Source: Octopus sinensis (lineage: Eukaryota). From it: a stretch of 64,000 bases of DNA. Below, one piece after another: positions 54,190-64,000 of the stretch. Position 1 is the stretch's first letter, and each line of letters opens with the position of its first letter. The position numbers and the translations under genes are program-made. The notes under the pieces are model-generated. The model was not told the origin of the DNA, ran no database searches, and saw nothing but the letters and a program-made list of their open reading frames with translations. The DNA lies in assembly GCF_006345805.1 (NCBI RefSeq), contig NC_042998.1, positions 129,456,001 through 129,520,000 on the forward strand, given 5' to 3'.

Positions 54190-54435
54190 ATTTCCATTTT
54201 AACTCTCGTTGTTTGCGTATTTAACTCATTTGTTTTCGTATTTTATCTTCTTTACTGTTGTTTACTGTTTACTATACCCATGTATGCAAAATTATTATAT
54301 TATATATGTGTGTGTGTGTATAATTAACAGTATGATATATGTATATATATATAATATATTATATATATATATATATATAATATTATATAATATATATATA
54401 AATATATACAGATAGATAGATAGATAGATAGATAG

Positions 54436-54484
<49 letters not shown>

Positions 54485-54520
54485 TGTAGATAGGTACGAT
54501 GGATATCTGCATTTTTTTCT

Positions 54521-54687
54521 TTTCTACTCTTGACACAAACCCCGCAACTGGTACTTAATTTATCAACCCTGAAAGGTTGAAATGCAAAGTCGACCTCGGT
54601 AGATTTTAAACTCAGAACGTAAAGACAGACGAAATACCGCAAAGCATTTCGCCCGGCGTGTTAAAGTTTCTGGCAGCTTGCTGCCTT
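54521..54687 (-). mobile_element. SINE family A copy
   Basis: ggtacttaatttatcaaccctgaaagg...aaactcagaacgt...aagcatttcgcccggcgtg. Confidence 0.8.
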
Positions 54688-55155
54688 ATATCTGCAATAT
54701 ATTATTGCCCGATGAACCTCTGTGGTACATATCCGACTGCCCTTGGAATAACCAGCGTAGGGTTCCAAAAGAACACAACACTGAAACGTAGATAGTGAAT
54801 GAAGAAACAAATTATGATAACCTGCATTTTTGTACTTTATCCTAAGCACACACACACACACACACACATACGCACACACACACACACACACACACAAATA
54901 CACTCACGGACACACACAAACACACTTATATACACTTATACACATATATGTGTTTAAATGAATATTTGTTTGACACAAAATTGTAGGTATAGTACATCTT
55001 TCTTCATTTAATTTTATTTACATACATGAACACACACAAACGCACACACACAGACACTCACACGCACATGCACACATATACCCCCCCACCACACAGTCAT
55101 TTACTTGTTTCAGTCTTTCCACTGCAGCCTTGATGGGGCACAAGATTAAAAATAT

Positions 55156-55885
55156 TTTCTACTCTAGGCACAGGTCTCGAAATTTTGGAGAAAGGGCCAG
55201 TCAATGAGATCGACCCCAGTTCGCAGCTGGTACTTAATTTATCGACATCGAAAGGTTGAAAGGCAAAGTCGACCTCGGTGGAATTTGAACTCAGAACGTA
55301 ATGACGAACAAAATACTGCTAAGCATTTCGCCCGGCGTGAGAAGGTTTCTTACTTCTTAATTGCCCACAAGAGGCTAAATCCAGAGGGGACAAACAAGGA
55401 CAGACAAAGGGATTAAGTCGATTACATCGACCCTAGTGAGTAACTGGTACTTATTTAATCGTCCCCGAAAGACGAAAGGTAAAGTCAACCTCGGCGGAAT
55501 TTGAACTCAGAACGTAATGACAGACAAATACGTATTTCTTTACTACCCATAAGGGGCTAAACACAGAGAGGACAAACAAGGACAGACAAACGGATTAAGT
55601 CGATTATATCGACCCCAGTGAGTAACTGGTACGTATTTAATCGACCCCGAAAGGATGAAAGGCAAAGTCGACCTCGGCGGAATTTGAACTCAGAACGTAG
55701 CGGCAGACAAAATACCTATTTCTTTATTATCCACAAGGGGCTAAACACAGAGGGGACAAACAAGGACAGACATAGGTATTAAGTCGATTACATGGACCCC
55801 AGTGCGTAACTGGTACTTAATTTATCGACCCCTGCCGCTAAGCATTTCGCTCGGCGTGCTAACGTTTCTGCCAGCTCGCTGCCTA
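55156..55885 (-). mobile_element. SINE family A multimer (three units plus an internally deleted head unit)
   Basis: Repeated aaggacagacaaa...aagtcgatta...ggaatttgaactcagaacgt blocks. The head gccagctcgctgcct is at 55870-55885. Confidence 0.85.
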
Positions 55886-55904
55886 ACAACACTGAAAATA
55901 TCAC

Positions 55905-56050
55905 TCAAGCAAATTGCTCCCCAGAACTTATATTTCAAAGCCTGGTACTTTATTCTATAGCTCTCTCTTTTCTGAAACGCTAACTTGCTGGGATGTATAC
56001 AAACTAACAATGTTTGTAACTCGTTGGAGGGTATGCAAACACAAATAAAA
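55905..56050 (+). mobile_element. SINE family B fragment (diverged)
   Basis: agcctggtactttattctatagctctctcttttctgaaacgctaac, homologous to other family B copies. Confidence 0.5.
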
Positions 56051-56221
56051 AACACAAGATGCGTCTTTACTTAATTTGTCAAGAAATTTGGAAAGGAGCG
56101 ATTTCATAATGGTTTAGCTATAAAATATAACTATATTTACTTAAGATTACACGCAGACACAGGCACACACATACCCCATACCCACACACATATACATACA
56201 TTTATGTGTATATATATATAT

Positions 56222-56286
56222 ATATTCGTTAGTTTATTATGCATATATATACATGCATTTATGTAAGTATATATATATATGTATAT

Positions 56287-56331
<45 letters not shown>

Positions 56332-56372
56332 TTATACATACATACATATATAAATGTATATATATATATATA

Positions 56373-56471
<99 letters not shown>

Positions 56472-56515
56472 TTACATAAATGCATTATATATATGCATAA
56501 GAAACTAACGAATAT
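56222..56515. repeat. Fold-back with ~45-bp unique arms enclosing a (TA)n-rich core
   Basis: atattcgttagttt...tgcatttatgtaagtatat / atatacttacataaatgca...aaactaacgaatat. Confidence 0.85.
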
Positions 56516-59500
56516 TTTAGGAATTAATTTCTTGTAATAAACAAACGCCCGTTGAACCTAATGGGGATTAAAAGTGTGAGCATGAATGCGTACAGGCAAC
56601 AAAAATGCCGCCATATTATCTAGTGGATGGATCTCTTCAAAAAGTAAGAACGAAAATAATCTTAGAAATCTCAAGATTAATATAAGCCATTAATAATATG
56701 TAACGGCTATATAAAAAAATAAACTGAGAAAAAAGAATAAAAAATGGTTTCAAATTTATAATCCTAGACTTGTGTTAGCGATTAACTGAAAATATATATA
56801 GAATGACACATAATATTACTGCTAAATAGATTATAAAGAAAACCATTTTATCAAAATAATGTGTGTCAGAATAAGCAAAAAGATGGCGCATCTATATAGG
56901 TGCCTAATAGTCTGTTTCGATACCAAGAATCCATGTATACTCTTTTGGAAAACACTGGGAGCTGTACTGTTATTAATTAACTGCAGAAGGTATGTGGATT
57001 ACTAGAACTTTTTGGGAAGTGCAAAGTATGCCTTCTATTTATTTATACATTTGTGATTTTACAGTTCAAATTTTTGTGAAATCGTCTTTACCTTCTGTCT
57101 TCCTGGCGTCATTACATTAAATATAAATCAAAATCTGTGGGAAACTAATACCGTAAATGTACCACTCACAACACTCCACCTAAAAACACCGTGAATCCTT
57201 ATGAAGTACCCATTGTTTAGAAGTGGGGGTGTAATATGGATGACATTGTAGACCAAATGGTTTACAAAATAGGTCAGATAACTGGTGCTGATTTTCAATT
57301 CAGTTTCTGTATGTCGACACCTGCACGAAAAATTTGGCAAATATATGCCTGTGTACGTGCGTGCTTAATATAAATTTATACATATAAGATTTATATACCT
57401 GTATGTGTGGAAGTTTGTATATTATATATGTATAACACACACACACACACACATATTTACTGGAGCATTAGTTTCAGTAATTTCCGTTGGCTCATTAGTT
57501 AAGACTGCTCGACTATATACACATTAGAGAATCGTTAAATTATCCAATTAATTAGATGACGAAAACATAATTACTAATGGCAAAGCGAGTCCGGAAAGAG
57601 CCGAAACGGATGCGTCAATGTTAAGAATTCTAGATCGTCATTTTTCGGACGATTATGGTCCCTGTTAGTGCATATGTTTTCGTTCATGTGCGTTAACTAC
57701 ACCATTAAAGCGATTTAGATCTTATTTCTAGCAATGTAGATGTTTCCTAACACCCTAGTCACATTTAGTGACATTTGTAGTACTCCTTTTTGGTGAAACA
57801 TTACAAACTATTGTTTATATTAATTATATGAAATATCAATTCGTTTAATATATTCTTTTATCAAATACGGTAGCATTTGATCAACTCAACAATGTGCATT
57901 TGTTCATTTTTGCTGTTCTGTAGATGATACTTGCATTTATATATTGGCGAATCTAATTAGACAGTTAGCAGCGAAGCATCTTGACCAGATATATACAGTA
58001 GTGCCTGTGATTGAATACAGACCTGTGTTCACTTCTCAATTTTTATGCAGATAAACACCCACTCACTTCTCGCTACAAATGTACTAGAGATTGAACAAAG
58101 TGTCAAATATCCTTAGTGATATACAATATGTATTTTAGTCACACGTTGAAGTTTCTGGCGATATTCAGCGAACTGAAATCCCGCTGTGGCTGGTACTGTT
58201 TTTTCTTTTCTTCTCTTCAAAGTTGGAGCCATAATAAACAATAGAGTTCTAAATTCGGCTCACTTGATAATTAGCCCTCTTCCGCACAACGACGATATTA
58301 TGCAGGAGAAAAACTAAGAAGCTTATTTTCTAGATTTATTTCATTCCATATTCTGTCGTTCTACCGTCATAGATCAGACAAATATCCGATGGCAGAAAAA
58401 GACACAGCTGGAACGGATAGGATTCTTCATTTATTATCAGACATAATGTATTCAAGATTTTATAATTCACACTGTCTCCAGTGTTGTCTAAGACGATAGG
58501 AGGTTCTTCCTTAGCAAAAGTCAACTACTATTTCTAACAGGTCAACCACATGCAAAGTCGTTTATCATTAACTCAATATAATATAGTTAGGTGGTAAATA
58601 GTGTGTAATGTATAATAAAAAGCCAAACCTAGGATACTCAGATATCCTGGGTTCAGATATTGACAAAAGACACATCTAAAAGGAAACCAAAGTCAATGAT
58701 GTGGTCGTTAGAACTAATCTATAAAGATGATTATATCCTTGAATTAATAGCTAAATCGCCCAAAATTTACACTTTACCTTGCTGAATAGAATGAAATCAC
58801 TAGATATGTACATATAGGTACGTTATGTCTCAATCAAAATATAAGACGATGATAGGACTAATCAATGATAGATAGTTTCGTACTAATGAACCTCAAAACA
58901 GATTTTCTCATACATCACCTCTGGATCAACAAAACTATCATAATTCATATTTGTCCAACTCATATTGCTTCACTCCCAGCATGATAGCTACTCAGTGACG
59001 AATGATTTCAGAGTAAAACATAGAGTAAAGACAGACTATAGCAGTCCATTGATTAGGCATTCCTCGTCGCGGCCCTGCGAATGACAAGTTAACCCTTCCG
59101 CGCAAACTTGGCATTGACTGGTCTTTCTGTCAGTCTTGATAATCATTTTTTGCGTTCTGTGTGAACGGCAGCAAAGTGCTCGGAAATTGACATAAAAGGT
59201 TCGCTCTCGAACCGGAAATCGAACCTCAACTTTGTAATCGAAAACCTAGTTGTTTAATAAGCGTCATCTCACTGTATTACTGTAAAGTAATAAATGTAAA
59301 GGGGAAAGATTAACTCGAACCAAGCTGGGTGAAGTTTCATATTGCCTTACGCTAGGAAAGTCTGCATTAAATAAATAAATAAATAAATAATAATTCATAA
59401 ATACATAAGTGAATGTATACAAAAATAAATATAGACGTGAAGGTAATAATTCTGATTTCACAAATTCCTAAAAATCTGAAACTTCATTTCTCCACATTCG

Positions 59501-59932
59501 GTAAAGATGAACAACATTCATTAAGATTTGACTTTTATCTGTATGTCTGCAAATAGGTCTTAGTTTCTGTGTTCGTTTGTGTTTATTTTGGCACTAGTTT
59601 TAAATAACTTCCATATAGAACAAAACAACACGAAATATATCATTTAACACGTTATAAGTGATTATGTTTCTTAATAATACTTATCGAAAAGCTGACAAGA
59701 AACGAGATAAATTTTAATATGTTCATGAGATACAGATAGATATTAAATTATGAATGCTGAGAATTTATGCAGTTTAACAATACAATTTTCATTTTTCTTC
59801 GAAAACCCACAATCTAGTCTCTGCCAAATACAGGCGAAAACAGCTGAGAAATAGCAAAACAAGAAATTTATAATTAATGGTTTACGTGAATGTGTTGGAA
59901 TTCAATATTCATATATGCATGTATATCCATGC

Positions 59933-59964
<32 letters not shown>

Positions 59965-62231
59965 TATATATATAATATATATATATATATCTATATATAT
60001 ATATATATGTATGTATGTATATATATATATAAATAATTACACACATACATGCATACCTACATACACACACATAGAGAAATATACATACATATATATGTGT
60101 ATATATGTATATATATATATATGTATAATTATATACATACATACCTAAATACACACACACATAACAAACACACATATATATATATGTATGTTTGTATGTA
60201 TATAATGTATAAATGTATATGCATGTGTGTACATGTTTGTGCATGCGAGCGTGTGTGTACATATATGTATGTATGTATGTGTGCATATATATATATAGGG
60301 AGAGAGAGGGAGTAAGAGAGACAGGGAGAGAGAAAGAGAGAGAGAGAGGCAAATCAAAAACGTAAAAAAAGGAAAAGCAATAAAAGTCAATTAGACGTAC
60401 ACAATTAAGATATTAATATTTCATCAACACTCGATGAAACTTTTAGAATGAAAAATAGGAGTGGAAATGACGTTTCGAGCATGGCGCTTTGAAGGAAAGA
60501 GGAAAATGTCTAGAGAGGAAGAAAAGGAGGAAGTAGTAAGTATTCTAGAGAAAAGTACGTGTGTCATTACGTGGCCAAAAAATATATATGTATGTACACT
60601 GACACATGTATATACATAAATATAGATAAATGCATTTACGTATATACACGTAAACAGATGTACTTATGTAAACGCACACCTATAATAAGCTTATATTCCG
60701 TTACTCTTTTATTCTTTTTCTGTTGCAGTAAGTGGACTGCGGCCATGCCAATGCTGAAGCGCCGTCTTTAATATTTTTTAACTAAATTTTCTGTTTTATT
60801 GTATGTTTATGACTGGAAGTCGATGAATAATTAAGTTTGGAGTAGCTGTCCTTCTATCAGCATTAGCCTATGTAATAGGCCATTTCTATATTCAAGCTAG
60901 AGTTTTGTCCAACTTTAAAAAAAAAATTTTTTACACTAGAGACACCTTTTATATTTCTAATCTCGTTAAATAGGTAGAGGATATTTAAGGCCTATAAGTA
61001 TCAGATTCGTGAATTAGTATAACTTTGCTTCCTGGTTGAAAATGTGGTGTATGTGGAAGCTGGTGCTTCCTACCACTTTGTGTATTAATATTTTGTGTAT
61101 TAATAAATGCCGCAATTTAGAACATGACCATCCAAAATTTATAATGATCATTTCCTTGCATCGTTCAACAAGGCAAAAATTTACTAGTGAGCGTTTTCTA
61201 TACCTCCTCAATTTTCTTTTATAAGACCGCGTTTGTGTGGGGACAAAAGCTGTGAAAAGTAATTTAATCTTCACAAAAATAACCCCTGCTCTTTTGCGAT
61301 GAAAGTTTGTGATGTCTATCCTGTGAGATGTTTGCATTCAGAGATCAGCTTGTTTATGTATCTGAAGAATGATTCATGATCTGACACAATTATTCTGAGG
61401 TCTCATAAGGGATTCGAACTGTTATTCTTTCTGATAACAAAAAATTGTACTGACTGTGATTTTAAGAAACTGAAACGTCAATGCACTAATCTTCATTTTC
61501 TTTTTATCAGCTCATTGATAGAGCAGGTTATTCAGAAATATATCATTATGTTCCACAGTTTTCATTGCCATCGTTTAGTTTTGTGTTATCGGCATAAGTC
61601 GTTAGATTGTTGGAGAGATACTATTACCTTATGCCTAATAGCCAGATTATGAATAATAGTTGTTGCAGGACGGCAGCTTGAGGTACACCACTTTTAGAGG
61701 CGATATAACTGACAGCAGAAAATATTGATTTCTACACACACTTATGTATTACAATAAAATGTCTAATACACCGATAGTACAAGTATGTGTGTGTCGATAA
61801 CTTATGAATATGTTTGCATGCCAACATTTAATAAATCTGTATCGAACTCCTGAATATCTTGAGTAATTTTAGTTAATACCATCGTATCAAGTATCTCCAT
61901 TCATTTCATGTTCGTCTTATAGAAATAGTTCCTTATAAAAATGGAATGAGAGATTCCTTAACTTACTGAATAGGCGGGTGTATGGATAAACTGTAAATAA
62001 ATTTGCATCATGAATAAGCAAACAAATATTAACCTCGTTGTATAGGTGGAGCTTATCCGCAAGTGAGTATGATCTGGTAATGGTACCAAACTTTCGGTAA
62101 TTGTTTCAGGTGAATATGTAGTCGCGGGTAAACATGGAAAACCTTTCGGCTAACCTACGATCGATAAAGTGTAAGATCAAGGATATGACAGCTGGATATT
62201 GATAGATATATAGATATAGACAGATAGATAA

Positions 62232-62283
<52 letters not shown>

Positions 62284-63946
62284 GTAGAGAGAGAGAGAGA
62301 AGGGAGAGAAAGGGAACTGCATTAACTATCAGCTAGAGTTCATTTTCTGTTGAGTGAACTAGGGCAACGGGAATTCAAATTCCTTGTTCCAGAACACAAT
62401 GGGCTGGCCAAACCAGAAATCGAATGCACGAACTTACGATAGTGAAACAAAACCCCCGACCATTAGACCTCAAAACCGTTCATTTGAACAGAACAAGCTG
62501 CCATCTTATGGTTATAGCTGTCATCAACTAGATGCAAATATATGAAATCAGCACTCGCTTTCAAAATATGATTTGTAAATAGCTTTAAGCTGATTGCTTT
62601 CTGTAGGATAGCTAAAAGATTTTAGAGGAAGGCAACTCCATAATTAATCCCAGTAGAGATATCTGCATTTCACATGAATCGCATTTGTTGTTCTTGATAT
62701 ATCGTGAATAATAAATAACTTTCTGCGTAAACACATCTAAACCAAGCACGATTAATGCTGGAGTTGCTATCTAAAAATACTTTCTTTTCTTAAAACTTAA
62801 CCTCTCCAATCCTCTATAATCGCTTTCACGTCCACTTCACACTTCCTTCATACTAACACACAATGTGTATCAACCCTCTACGACACTAAAACAACAATGT
62901 ACATCCGCCACATGATTGCACACACATACATTCACGCGCACGCACATACACACACACAGAGACACAGACACACACACACACACAGATTCACTTAATTGTC
63001 CTCTTTTGACATCACTGACACAGCGGTATACTACATATATTTCTGTTCCCTAAAGACACACATATACACACTTGCAAGCCATGCACAGGCAAACACACAC
63101 ATACACGCATTCGCACGCACGCACGCACACACTTACACACACACACACACACACACACACACTGAGTTCCTTTCTTGCATACACAAATGCAAAATATTCC
63201 CATACGATTCCTGGAACCTTCCTTTCATATCTCACTTATGACTTCAGCTCTCGATCTTATGGCTGCAAAACACAATTCCAAACATTTCCGTTCTACCCAC
63301 ATCCGTTCTTTCATTTCCCATACTGCTTCAGTTAAATCAGCATAATCTTTTACTTAACTCGGTGCTATCATTTGTTTCCTTTCCTATATTTATCAGGTTG
63401 ACAAGGGTCCATTGCCCGAAACCTTAACTTCTCATGTTTACTCCACTCAACGTAATTATATACTTCCTGATCTTGTTCGATTTGTTTATACTTGTTTCCT
63501 TTGTTCTCGTGTATCTACTTCACCGATCGCAATGCTATCGCAGACTGCATGAACAGCGATTGAAATTTGTGAGCCCTCATGGAAGTCAAGACAAGATTTT
63601 AACTACTTATTTTCTGAGTTGCAATATTATTTTGATCAAGAGGTGGTCTAATGAGAAAGTATAACAATCATTGAAATTTTGCTGGCAAATTTGAAATTTT
63701 GCCAAGGCTTGATATGTCATTCCTTCCGTTTTGTGACCGTTGTTCCTAGGAGAATGTTTTGACATTATACATAAAGCACCTTATGCATCATTGTTATGTG
63801 AGGTGCAGTGTCCATTATATTCCAGGTTATAGGGATGCTTCTGTAATTACTAGAGGTATTGTCCTTGAAAATTAGTTTTTGGAGTGGGACAAAGAAATTG
63901 TGGGACAAGTGAAAATAAAAATTCATAAAGCACAAAATTTACATGG

Positions 63947-63947
63947 A

Positions 63948-64000
<53 letters not shown>
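63947..64000. repeat. (TAA)n microsatellite at the window edge
   Basis: Directly visible. Confidence 0.95.

Noticed and set aside
59170-59245. tRNA-like sequence on the minus strand (ggttcgatttcc)
   Set aside because: No complete cloverleaf; probably a decayed tRNA-derived SINE head.
60455-60500. GAAACGTC hammerhead half-motif on the minus strand
   Set aside because: The CUGANGA core is unrecognisable; at most a decayed PLE end.
9517-63335. Dozens of IYIY/HTHT/CVCV/NNN ORFs in the ORF track
   Set aside because: Translations of di-, tri- and tetranucleotide microsatellites that lack stops in some frames.
63434-63664. ORF with a transmembrane-like stretch followed by basic residues
   Set aside because: The opposite strand is A-rich and loosely resembles the R4/Dong RLE C-terminus, so the hydrophobic ORF is probably an antisense shadow; no splice support.

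Overview
AT-rich, microsatellite-saturated, non-coding eukaryotic DNA. The repeat landscape suggests an octopus (coleoid cephalopod); this is inferred from recalled SINE families and composition, not from a search. No host protein-coding exon, tRNA or rRNA could be supported, and nearly all listed ORFs are translations of (TA)n/(CA)n/(TAA)n repeats. Recognisable content is transposon debris: a 5'-truncated CR1/L2-type LINE RT, a nested CR1 + Penelope GIY-YIG + mariner cluster, R4/Dong-type RLE LINE ends, two tRNA-type SINE families (one multimeric), Helentron/HINE-like elements and many fold-back/MITE palindromes. The standout is 330-1720: a non-coding ~360-bp monomer repeated in tandem and then inverted head-to-head. 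Three copies carry a complete minimal type I hammerhead ribozyme fold with the compensatory U3-A8 core (UUGACAA...GAAA, palindromic stem III, GUC site) at the tip of a long rod. This is a candidate retrozyme (viroid-like circular-RNA retroelement), probably mobilised by Penelope-like elements. All structures were derived by eye; no folding program or database search was run.
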